A stretch of 63,399 nucleotides of DNA, the filler included, from Pelomyxa schiedti (Eukaryota > Protista > Evosea), in the NCBI GenBank assembly GCA_020536535.1. It is 15 parts of 15 records of this genome, joined end to end, with 100 filler letters (N's around TTAATTAATTAA, not from the genome) between each part and the next. Parts side by side here need not be neighbours in the genome. Positions count along the whole stretch, not along the records: positions 26,202 to 31,506 come from JAHLWZ010001508.1; positions 31,607 to 34,853 come from JAHLWZ010000010.1; positions 34,954 to 37,053 come from JAHLWZ010002134.1; positions 37,154 to 41,921 come from JAHLWZ010001556.1; 11 more parts are not named here. One strand, given 5' to 3'. The translations under genes and the position numbers were made by a program. Shown here piece after piece: positions 26,202 to 37,234 of this stretch (positions are counted from its first letter, which is position 1; each line of letters starts with the position of its first letter). The notes beneath the pieces are model-generated. The model did no database searches. It saw only the letters and a program-made list of their open reading frames with translations, and had not been told where the DNA came from.

Positions 26202-29200
26202 TGAGGAAGTGTGCAAGTTGGTTTGCTTGTTTGTTGAGTTCATCATAACTCACTGTTTCATTCCCAAACATCAAGGCTGGGAGATTTCCATGCTTTGTGA
26301 CGGACTCCTCGAACAGGAAGTGGACTGCTTTTCTCGTTTCTTCTGTGGTTGTGGTGTTGAACACCTTCTCTGTGGAATTCCACACTGTCAGGCTCTTGGT
26401 CTCCGACTCATGAATGCAATTCAACTGAGAGATGGGCTTGTCAGGGCAGGACACAACACTCTTCATGAGAGTCTCCATGTTGTTTGCGAATCTGACGACT
26501 GTTGAGTCATCAAGGATATCCTTGGCGAACTCGAACTGGAGCTCAAGGGAACCGTCGCTCTGTGGAACAGCATTGAGGGTGAGATCAAACTTGGACATGA
26601 CGGGGTGGATGTTGTAAAGAAGCTTCACGTCTCTGATTCCTTCCATGGTGAAGTTCTTATTGTTCACGAACTTCCAGTCGTCCATCACGAAGCTGACTTG
26701 AACTAGTGTGTGCATGCTCATCCTTGTTTCGATTCCAGCAGTGTCAACAATCCAGTCCAATGGGATGTCCTGTGCCTCCTGCACAGAAAGCACCTTTCTT
26801 TTCACGGACTCCAGTGTTTCTTTGAAACTTCCTGCATCTTCGACAATAGTCCTGATGGGGAGTGTGTTCACGAAGAACCCAATCAGAGATTCCACACCAG
26901 GGTAATGCCTGTTCGCTGTTGGAATCCCGACCACGATGTCGCCTTGTGGATTTGACGGTGTTCCGGGTGTTGTTTCTTTGTCTGGTTTGGCCCACCGTGG
27001 GCTGTGGAGGTGCAAAAGGATGTTGAACACAGTGAGAACTGTCATGAAAGGTGTGGCTGTGCTGATGCTCTTTCCGAGTGTTGTCAACGCCGAAAACAGT
27101 GACGGTGGGATCATGTGGATGTGGAATCCGGCGGAATAAGTCCGGTTGTCAGTCCTTGGCCTGTCGAGTGGCAGTTCGCAAACGGAGTTCACTCCCTCAA
27201 GTTCCTTCTTCCAGAACGAGAGTTGCTTCTCTTTCAGTTCGCTTGAGGTGCCCAGGAGTTCCCTTTGCCAAACCGCAAAGTCGGCGTACTGGAACGGGAG
27301 TGGATTGGAAAAGGAAGATTTGGTTGGGTCTATGGGGGTCGGTGTGGCAGTGCTGCTGGCGGGACGGTTGTTGAGAATCTCTTGGTTGTACCGATAGGAG
27401 AGCTCTCTTACAAATACAACCATTGACCACCCGTCGGTGATAATGTGATGCGCATTAAAGAAAAGAACTGCCTCTTCAGCACCAAGCCGGAACAGAGTGA
27501 GCCGCATGAGGGGCCCTGTTTTCAAATCAAAGGGAGTGCTCACTTCCTTGCGGTACTCCTTAGCAAGCCAGTCCTCAGGCGATGATCCGGTAGCTGGGGG
27601 ACAGAAGTTCACCTCTCTGATCCCAATCACGGTCGTGGCATCCTCTGGAGGGAGTATAACCTGAACTCCTTGCCCTGATCCTGAACTCTCCTCCGCGGCG
27701 AACCTTGTGCGGAGGATCTCGTGGTGAACGGCCATAGCATGAGTGGCCTTCCACAGTGCACTGCTGTCAAGATGTCCAAACAAATGGGCACCTCCGAAGA
27801 CAGAGTATTGAACCGAGTTCGGCTGGAGCTGATCCAAGAAGAACAGCCTGTGTTGCGTCAGTGACAGTGGTGCAACCTTCCTTTTGTTAGATGGTGATGC
27901 TGGTAAGGGCTTGATTGGCGGGAACTTGAACTTGGTTGCTGAGTTGCTTTCAGCAAGGAGAGCCGCCATCGACCTTATGGTTCTGGCTGAAAACAAATCG
28001 CTGAGGTTGAGGCTCAACCCCCGTTTGTCAGCGGAAGCAATTGCCTTGAGCATTCCAATTGAGTCTCCACCAGCTTCGAAGAAGTCCTCATCGATCGATG
28101 ATGGTTGTGCTGGGAGCACCTCACACCAAATCTCAAGAACCTTTCTCTCCATTGGTGTCAGAGTCTCTGTGTCAATTTTCGGCCTCGAAGGTTCTTTTGA
28201 TGACGATGGAGAGGGAGGCACTTTGGGGGTATCATGAGCAGTGACACAGTTAATAAGGGTGGACTTCTTCTTTAACACAGAGGCGCATAAGGCGTGAGTT
28301 AAAAAACCAACACCTGGTGGTCCGAAATCAAATATCTCAACTGAATCGCATCCTCCGTTGTGTGAGACAATGGCTCTGTACAAATGTTGGAAGCGAAATA
28401 AAAATGGTGGACAGCCACTTGACAGTTTCCGGCCAATCGATAGGGAGTCCCATTCCGTCTGTGTGAACAGTTTCACAGTAGCGAAGCGCCTCCAACTTCA
28501 CAAAATAGATTAATTGCCAATCGATCAAGAGGGAAGGAAAGCGTGAACAACCTGGGATATGTCTGCATTTAAGCTCGTGCTGAAAAATGCGGCACTGTTT
28601 GGAACAGGATTCCAGAGGGAATACTTTGTGGGTGGGACGCGGCGAAGGAATTGATTCATGATTTCAATTAGATAGAACGGTGCATGGAAGCCCTCCGTCA
28701 CTTGCAGAACTTTGACTTGACGTGGAGGAAAAAGACTCTGAAGTTGGGCCAGAGGAGTCGGGTGACCTGGGTATAACGAATCAGAGATAAAAGCGACAAC
28801 AACAGAGGCAGAGGGAATACGGAACAAAGAAGTGGTACAAACCAGAGACAACTGACTGGGTGGGTGTCAACCTGATGCTCAAAAAAAGTGGTGTTGAGGG
28901 GAACTCAGAATTCACAGCTGCAATGTGCTTCTCAAGCGTGGCAACTGGAACCTTGAACATGCACATCCAATACTCGGACATCACTTCTTTCCCCCACTGT
29001 TTGATGTGTATCTCAAGGGTTGAAAGCATCATATGAAATCCTCTTTTGCAACCGCTCAAGCACATGGCTTGGAATTGGGCCACCGAATCTGCAGAATGCA
29101 TTTTAGAGAAAACGGTAGCATTCCCCACGTCGGAAAAGGGATTATGTGGAACCTGCTTTGAGGATGGCAGATACCGGTATTTGTCCGGCAGAATAACCCA

Positions 29201-29882
29201 CACAGACATCAAATGACCTCGCAAAAGCCAAGAATCTCTTGTTCCCATCAGGGTCATCCTCATCAGAGCCTCGTTCAAGAGCAGCAGCAAGAAAACAAGC
29301 ACACGAATATATAGTTTGCAGTGGGATGCAAATCAAAGGTATCGCAAGAAGCTTGTTTGATGGTCGGCTCTCTCGGTCATGAACCCTTTTTTAAAGTTAT
29401 TCTTATTAATATTAATAATAAAAGGCTTATATAAATATTTATTTAAATATCGTTCATATGAACAGGAATTGTGTTGGTCACCACAAAAAAACCGAAACGA
29501 AAAAAAAACAAACAAATACAACCAAAATCTCTCCCATCCCACAATTTCAACTGTCAGTTGCGTCGGATACGACATTTGTTACATACCACGAGTGAGGGTC
29601 ATATTTCCTCGCGAAGGAGCCGTCGCCGTTTGGCCTGAAGAACGCGTCGGCGTCGGCACCCACCGCGTCGCACAGCCGCTTCATCGTTATGGGTTTGTTC
29701 ACCGTGCGGGTCAGCACCTCCAACGTCCGGCGGATCCACGGTCCCACAATCCCCGGCGAGGCCGCCGACCACTCGGCCAGTTTGTCGAGCAGCCACTTGG
29801 CGGTGTCGGGGTCGTCGTTGAATCCCGAGCACAACGCGATCCTACGAAGTCGAGGTGTTGTCGGTGGTACTACGGCCGACAT
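26202..29882 (-). CDS. non-ribosomal peptide synthetase, AT(SAT/FabD-like)-T-C-A..., truncated at contig end
   Basis: PCP motif FFEAGGDSIG. C domain PLSLTQHRLFFL, HHIITDGWS, LPLDRPR, IGFFVNTLPIR, SKFDLTL. A-domain start SYDELNKQANQLAHFL. Upstream AT motifs VGYSAG, TPTQSVVSG, LQVTEGFHAPF, IFDFGP. Confidence 0.9.
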
Positions 29883-30571
29883 TGTGTGGTGTTGCTGTGT
29901 TGGTTCAGAACAAAATCGTGTTTATTTGGCTTTTCGCGTTTCAACGAGGAAGCACCGGCTCCGTGAACCGGCGAAGAAGCAGAGTTTCGACTTTGTTAAA
30001 AAGGAAGATCTCTCAGCGAATCGCATGCGCGGTGAGAGAAAAGTGAAAAGAACAGATAGACGCGGGACAAAATCGAGCATCGTTACTTTTTTGTACGGTG
30101 GATGTTTCGAGCTACTGAATTGCTTAACGGCCCAATCACCCGCGATTTTTAATTACGCATCGGCTTATGATTCAAACGAAGGTGTGGAGAGCAACTCCGC
30201 CTTCAGTGCCTTTGGAGGCACGGTGGTCGCCACACCTACCACCGTAGCAGAAGAACCAGTCCACTCTCAGAGGAGACACCAACTTGGTTTCCAGCTACTT
30301 TGACACACAGAAGGGAAGACAACGGAAACACAAAAACACAAAAATGCCACGAGCAAACACGATCAACGCACCTGCCAGCTCTCAGCAGGTATGCGCCACA
30401 GGCTCCTCCACACCAACACCAACTCATTCTGCCCGCAACAATCGCCGTTCATAGATAGATGACTTCCTGAACACCACCTTCCAACACACCACAATGTACA
30501 TAATAATACATTTTCGCGGGAAGTATTAATTGCTAGTTGCTTTTCAATACCAACAATCAGGACCCTGGCCT

Positions 30572-31506
30572 TCAGCAAGAATAAGGCCTTGAGAGTGACA
30601 CTGAACTCGTGGCACCCACAATCCCGAACGACACGATGTACATTCCCGAGAGTGCCTCGGTGCACGCAACCGTCCCATCATCGCACTTTGTGAACAGCAG
30701 GCCGTCACCACCCCACACCCGCGTCCTGCACTCCCTCCACTCCACAACCATCCTGTTGGTCCCAGTCTCGAAGATGCCACTGGCCTGTGGGTTACTCTGG
30801 TGGTTCTGCCCGGGGCCGAGGTTGGTGCAGACTCCAAAGTGGGTGTCATCCACAGGCGAGACTCCAAACGCGCGAATGACGGTGCAGGCCCCAGAACTCA
30901 CGCACTGGACAACAGTGACCGGCTCGGTTGGGTAGGAGACCCACAGAATGACAAACAGGCCCTTGTGCCGGTCACCAAACACGTGGAACACGGTGGCTTG
31001 TGCCCACGGAGCGTACCGGGCTACACTGTGCTCAGTGGTGACGAGGATTCGGCGCGATTCCCAGCACTTATGCAAGTCCAGGATCCTCAGTGTTAGACTG
31101 CTGTCACTGTAAGAAACCAGGCACAGCTCATCGCCCTCTGGGATGCACGCACTTGACCTGGTGAAGAACACTTTCGCCTGGAGGTCCTGCCTGTTGGGCC
31201 GAGTACAGGCGGGAACGACGCCCCTGAGGTCCAGGTTTTCCAAAGCAGATACCCATAAGTCCACCCACGCCCCTGCTCCTGCTGCTCCTCCTCCCTTGCC
31301 CAGCCCCAGCCTCCACACACACAAGTCTCTGTCGACTGTGCACACAACGAGCCACTTGGCGGGGCTAGCTGCCAGAGACGAAAATGGCCTGCCCAGGATC
31401 TCCACCGCCCTGAGGCTCGCCCCGGTGGTGTCCCCGAGGGCGACCCTCCCAGAGGAGTACGCGAGCACGGGCGCCGCGGGGCTCAGCAGCGCCAGCGGGA
31501 GCGGCG
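30572..31506 (-). CDS. lineage-specific intronless beta-rich hypothetical protein (5' truncated)
   Basis: Long clean ORF. C-terminal GGDGLLFT..VACTEALSGMYIVSF is shared in style with 37235-38590, 57917-58834 and 62671-63399. Confidence 0.6.
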
Positions 31507-32021
31507 NNNNNNNNNNNNNNNNNNNNNNNNNNNNNNNNNNNNNNNNNNNNTTAATTAATTAANNNNNNNNNNNNNNNNNNNNNNNNNNNNNNNNNNNNNN
31601 NNNNNNAGTACAACAGGAGGATAAAGTGCTGGGATGCACCCTCTGGGTTTCACATTGCCTCATTCACTGTGCCAGGGGACAAGGACTTCAGACTTTCCGA
31701 ATGCTTTACGCTCCTGTAAAACAAATTACAGTGCTTGATTGGTGCGGCACATACATGAAAACCTGGAACTTCATCTTGGAATGGATACATTTGGCTCTCA
31801 TCTGAAACTGTGAGTGTTCCTTGTGCACAGTTTGCTTCGGGTTTTGGGCCCCAATTTGTGGTGAAGAAAAATCGCAAGTCAGGTGTTTAGTGAGGTGGTT
31901 CCTAACAGCCATATATTCAGAACGTGTTGCACCTTAGCTCCTCAATTTTGAGTATGTTGTGCTTGCTGCAGGCAGGCCTAAGTCACAGCATCTGAAACGA
32001 TTGTTGGAACTACGAAACAAG

Positions 32022-32077
32022 AAAAAATAAAAAATAAAAAATAAAAAATAAAAAATAAAAAATAAAAAATAAAAAAA
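32022..32077. repeat. (AAAAAAT)n heptamer microsatellite
   Basis: About 7 tandem copies are visible. Confidence 0.8.
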
Positions 32078-32777
32078 ACCTAACGTGTCGGTGGTGCCTG
32101 GACCAACATAAGTGCACATGGACAGCGATTGTTGTGTGGTTGTTTGTTATCGTCTTATTTTCTTTTCACTAAAATTATGTACTTTTGTCTTTCACTAGAA
32201 ACACCCCTCTTTGTTTCGTTTTGTGTTGGTTTTTCTAACACAACCTCCGTGGCGATGGAAGTGAAGTGGGGGAGGGATACCGATGGTATCAAACTTGTTT
32301 TTTTTTTTTTTTGTTAACTTACTGCTTTCTGACTAGATGTTAGGTTGGCCCCCTTGTGTTGTCATTCTCTTCCTCTAACGTTTTCCACAGACTGAAGCTG
32401 AAACCGTTCCAGAATTGTTCCTCAGTGACTTGGGATTTGGTATGTCCTTAACCATCATTGGCTCCGCTAACATGCTTACAGATAACAGGAATGATGGAGC
32501 CACAGCGGAACAATAAGGTACCTTGTTGTTCTTCTTTCCAACCCTGCTAACTCCATTTTGCAGGTGTGGATGGCGTGGCATACTGTGGACTTGGCTTCCC
32601 TACTGCTTCCTCTGACTGACACTCTTGTTGTCTGCAGTGCTCTGCCGTTACCCACACCTCACACCCACACCTAAGGGAACAAAAAAAAGGAGAATTAAAA
32701 AAGCCAGCACATTTTGGAAGAACACAAAACGGGACCACAGGGTGGCGTCTAATGAATGTGCGGTGGTGTTCTCCAAT

Positions 32778-34145
32778 TTAAATTGAGTGCAATGAGTTGA
32801 GAGCATCAGAAGCAGACAGCCTGGTGGTGCGATCACGCGACATCATCCCAACAAGAACCTGCGCAATGGTGCCCATCACTCGGCCAGTGGGTCTTGCTGT
32901 GGTTGCTGTTGCCGTGGTGCAGTTGTTGTTCCATTGTGGAGGGAGTGGAGGGAGCAACTCAGTGGAGAAGGTGCACATGTCTTGTTTGAACTTTCCAATG
33001 AACTTGTTGGTGGGAGGAAGCATCGCATCGTAAAAGGTGAGGGCGAGGGAGAAGGAGTCACACTTGGCAAACGAGAACATGCAGGACGAGCCACGCATCC
33101 TCATGAGGTCCCTGGAGAGTGCACTCACCTCGGGTGGCATCGTGCCCGTGTTCCCCCACACCTGCCCGTTGTCTGCCCTCGTCAACATGACTTGCAGCGA
33201 GTTGTCATCATCATCATCTTCGGCGGAACAACACTCCACAGCTTCTCCAAAGTCGATCAACGTGAGCTTGTGAGTGGCTGGGTCAACAAGGATGTTGTCT
33301 CCTTTGATGTCTCTGCGAATCGAATGGGAATCGTGAACAAAAACTGAATTTGAAAAAAAAGAACAACCTGTGGATCACATGTGCTCTTTCAATGTGAGCC
33401 ACAGCACTCAGTGATTGGAAAAGCAAGTTCCTCACTGTGCTGGTTGTGCTGGCCTCGGTGCCAACCTGATGAGGGGTGGTTGATGCTGCAGATGTGGCGG
33501 TGGCACAAGAAGGCATATTTGACAGAAACTTAGGCAATGGAACACCACAGAAAGGAAGAAGGAAAGCAAGTGACTTGTTCAGTGCAAACTCTTTGTAAAC
33601 TGGCTGATCAGAAGGTATTGCCTCAATGAACTCTGGTGGAAATCTTTTTTTTATGGTTTATATCTTAACAACAAGAAGGTCTTTTTTTTTATGTATGTTT
33701 TTTACAATTGTTCTCAAGAACTGCTTAATTTCTTTATTTTTGGTCTTCATTCTAATAGTTTATATCATAACTTCTACTTTTTATTCCATTTATTTATTTC
33801 TTATGGAGTGTATAAAACACACACACACCTTGGAATGACAAGAGTTCCAAGAGGGTGGATAACATTTGGATGAAGTGGGACAGATGCAAGGACGATGCAC
33901 TCTTTCATGTACTTCTGCTTGATCAGTGTCTGCTGTGGTGTTTTCTCCCAGTTGAACAGAACTTTCATTGCCATTGTTGGTGGTTGTGCGTTGTTTTGTT
34001 CATTGTTTTTGGTGTTGTTGTCCTGAGGAGGTTGTGTGGTGGTGGAAGGAGGAGGAGGAGGAGAAGAAGAAGAAGGTTGGAGGAGGGGCAACAAAAGCAC
34101 ACTGCCGGTTGTTCCCCTGGGGAAAAATTTCACCTGGAATGTGGC
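32778..34145 (-). CDS. PINK1-like Ser/Thr protein kinase (multi-exon; 5' end in gap)
   Basis: AMKVLFNW, HPNVIHPLG, HR|DIKGDNILV, IDFGEA, WGNTGTMPPE, KCDSFSLA, MMSRDRTTRLSASDAL. Confidence 0.8.
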
Positions 34146-34245
34146 NNNNNNNNNNNNNNNNNNNNNNNNNNNNNNNNNNNNNNNNNNNNNNNNNNNNNNN
34201 NNNNNNNNNNNNNNNNNNNNNNNNNNNNNNNNNNNNNNNNNNNNN

Positions 34246-34853
34246 TGAACTTGTTGGTGGGAGGAAGCATCGCATCGTAAAAGGTGAGGGCGAGGGAGAA
34301 GGAGTCACACTTGGCAAACGAGAACATGCAGGACGAGCCACGCATCCTCATGAGGTCCCTGGAGAGCGCACTCACCTCGGGTGGCATCGTGCCTGTGTTC
34401 CCCCACACCTGCCCGTTGTCTGCCCTCGTCAACATGACTTGCAGCGAGTCGTCATCATCATCGGCGGAACAACACTCCACTGCTTCTCCAAAGTCGATCA
34501 ACGTGAGCTTGTGAGTGGCTGGGTCAACAAGGATGTTGTCTCCTTTGATGTCTCTGCGAATGGGAATCGTGAACAAAAACTGAATTTGAAAAAAAAGAAC
34601 AACCTGTGGATGACATGTGCTCTTTCAATGTGAGCCACAGCACTCAGTGATTGGAAAAGCAAGTTCCTCACTGTGCTGGTTGTGTTGGCCTCGGTGCCAA
34701 CCTGATGAGGGGTGGTTGATGCTGCAGATGTAGCGGTGGCACAAGAAGGCATATTTGACAGAAACTTAGGCAATGGAACACCACAGAAAGGAAGAAGGAA
34801 AGCAAGTGACTTGTTCAGTGCAAACTCTTTGTAAACTGGCTGATCAGAAGGTA
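34246..34853 (-). CDS. partial near-identical second copy of the PINK1-like kinase
   Basis: Matches 32999-33617 including the intron, with a few SNPs and two small indels. Confidence 0.75.
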
Positions 34854-35640
34854 NNNNNNNNNNNNNNNNNNNNNNNNNNNNNNNNNNNNNNNNNNNNTTA
34901 ATTAATTAANNNNNNNNNNNNNNNNNNNNNNNNNNNNNNNNNNNNNNNNNNNNCATCGCCTATCTCTCCACAACCACCAAGACTATGTCCAACCCAACAA
35001 TGAGTGCCATAGACCTCACTACATGCGCAGTGCTTTGGAGTGTACCACTTCCTGCTGCCTTGTTCTACCCAGGATTAATGTAAAACTATCACTACCGAAA
35101 TCAGCAAGGGTTTTTTTCAAAGAAAAATTCTGCTTGATGAATAAACAGCCTGGTGGCGAAAACGAGGGGCACGATTTCGGCAGTGCTCTCAAATTCCCTT
35201 TGCAAACCACTCCAGACCTCAGTACAAAGCCACAGAATCAGAACGTGGTAACAGGTACCACTCACTCACACATTCTTTGTGTTTGGCACTCAACAGAGAC
35301 AGTGCACAAGGAGAAGGTTTGCAGACCAACTTTAACTTCATGTTTGATGGAGAGGTTTGGAAGTCGTACTGTACAGGGCAACTAAACAGATTGAAACAAA
35401 CTGAGGAATACCCATGACGGATGTGAAACCAGACAGAACCCATAATCCAGTTTTTGTCACGTTGGGAGGGTGGTTCAAACCAACCAAAAACAAAGTGGCT
35501 TCAGTCTAGGATGAATTTTACTAATTAGACTATGACGGAAAGACCAAAATCCTGGTTCCAATCAGAATCTGACTCCTTCTTTTTTACAACACGCAACACA
35601 GACCGAAACCGTATTGTAACTCAACACAATAAAAACGTAC

Positions 35641-35712
35641 TGGCCCCGCTCAGAATCGAACTGAGATCAAGAGAGCCAAAATCTCCCATACTAACCATTA
35701 TACTACGGAGCC
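35641..35712 (-). tRNA. tRNA-Gln(TTG)
   Basis: GGCTCCG/CGGGGCC acceptor, GGAGA-TTTTGGC-TCTCT anticodon arm, CTCAG-TTCGATT-CTGAG T arm and a downstream T5 terminator. Confidence 0.9.
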
Positions 35713-35812
35713 TTGCACCACAAAAATCTGTGTTAGGTTGTTTAACCTACGCCTTGGCAAAAAGGGAACGGCATGTCAAATTTGCTTGTTTACACGAGAG
35801 ATGTTTTTGCAA

Positions 35813-35884
35813 GCGCTGTTAACTCAGAGGAAGAGTATTGGACTTCGGATCCAAGGGTCGCAGGTTCGATCCCTGCACAGCGCG
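35813..35884 (+). tRNA. tRNA-Arg(TCG)
   Basis: GCGCTGT/ACAGCGC acceptor, TTGGA-CTTCGGA-TCCAA, GCAGG-TTCGATC-CCTGC and a T-run terminator. Confidence 0.92.
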
Positions 35885-37234
35885 AAACTTTTTTTTTCTC
35901 GGTTTTGGGTTAGCTTTCTCTGCGCTGGAAAATTTACTACCTACGTTTTATGGTATTTCTTTGTAATCCTAGCTAGTGTTGAGCACAACAAGGAAAAAAT
36001 CAATATCGAAATAAACCTTGTTCCTGGTTTTTGCAAGCAAAATTATATATAAACAATCAAGGACATCTCACGTAATTTGCTGGGTCACAGCCTCCAGAAT
36101 TCACAACTGTGGGAAAAAATAAATATAAATATGGGAGGAGGAGTCATAACACGAAAATTTTGAGGCTGTGACTAACAGGTGACCCCCGTCACAGTTATTT
36201 CATGCTCGAGTTACCTAACTCGTTAATAACCGGCTCATTTTACTAACCTGTTAATACAATGACTCTCATTCAACAGCAGACCAAGCTAATAAGTCATTGT
36301 GTTTAGCATGAAGTGCAACTCCGCAAGAAGAACCAGAAAAGAAAGAAGGATACCACGTAATCACAGTTTGGAGGGAATGCGTAATAAGTGCAAGAGGGGA
36401 GTGGGGAAAATTAAAACGGTCATGCTCATCAACGCTTCAAGAAAGAAAGAGGAGATATTACCAGAACTTGATCAATAAATATTTCCTCTTTCTTTCTTGA
36501 GTGAAGCATGTGGTTGTGGGCTCAACGTGTCACCATGTGGGCACCGCGGTGTGTGCATAGAATAATACAATTCGTAATGTATTGTTTCTGTTTCTCACAC
36601 CGACAGGTGCCTACATGGTGTCGCGTCGAGGACGCAACTGAGGTTTTTTATTTAATGAACATGCCATGTGAATTTCGTTGTGTAGTGGTTTCTGCACAAG
36701 GATCCGCAGTATCTAAAATTATATTTGTGATCATATTACTTGGTTGTATTAATTGTATTTCTCGCATAGAAGTATCTTGGTTGCGATTCACTTGTACTAT
36801 TCAAGTCGACATAAATGCAGTGAGTTCTTGCCCGGTTCGGCGGGTGTCTACAGAGGTATTTTATCATTACCGAAACTACGCTTTTTAATTAACTATACAT
36901 CGCATTCTTTTTGAGCATAATGTGATACAGATCCCAGAATAAATGAAATGTTCTCCGTATCTATACGTATTCTTTCTGTAAGAATATAATTTAATTTAAT
37001 AAGAGCAATACCGATGCTGTGGCCTAGTTTGACCACAAAATTTCTCATTCATCNNNNNNNNNNNNNNNNNNNNNNNNNNNNNNNNNNNNNNNNNNNNTTA
37101 ATTAATTAANNNNNNNNNNNNNNNNNNNNNNNNNNNNNNNNNNNNNNNNNNNNGGTGAGTTACAATAATCTAAAGGATGATGCCTGAATCCATCATCCCC
37201 TTGTTCCAAAGAATGGAATGGAAAGATTGGTTGG

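Noticed and set aside
29900-30170. Fragments resembling RNase P P4 strands and the U2 snRNA TATCTGTTCTT
   Set aside because: Order and flanking consensus do not fit; these are short chance matches.
34954-35075. GHSLGG lipase-like motif on the minus strand
   Set aside because: It has no supporting context. The plus strand reads more plausibly as a propeller fragment (AIDLTTCAVLWSVPL), and neither reading is strong enough to call.
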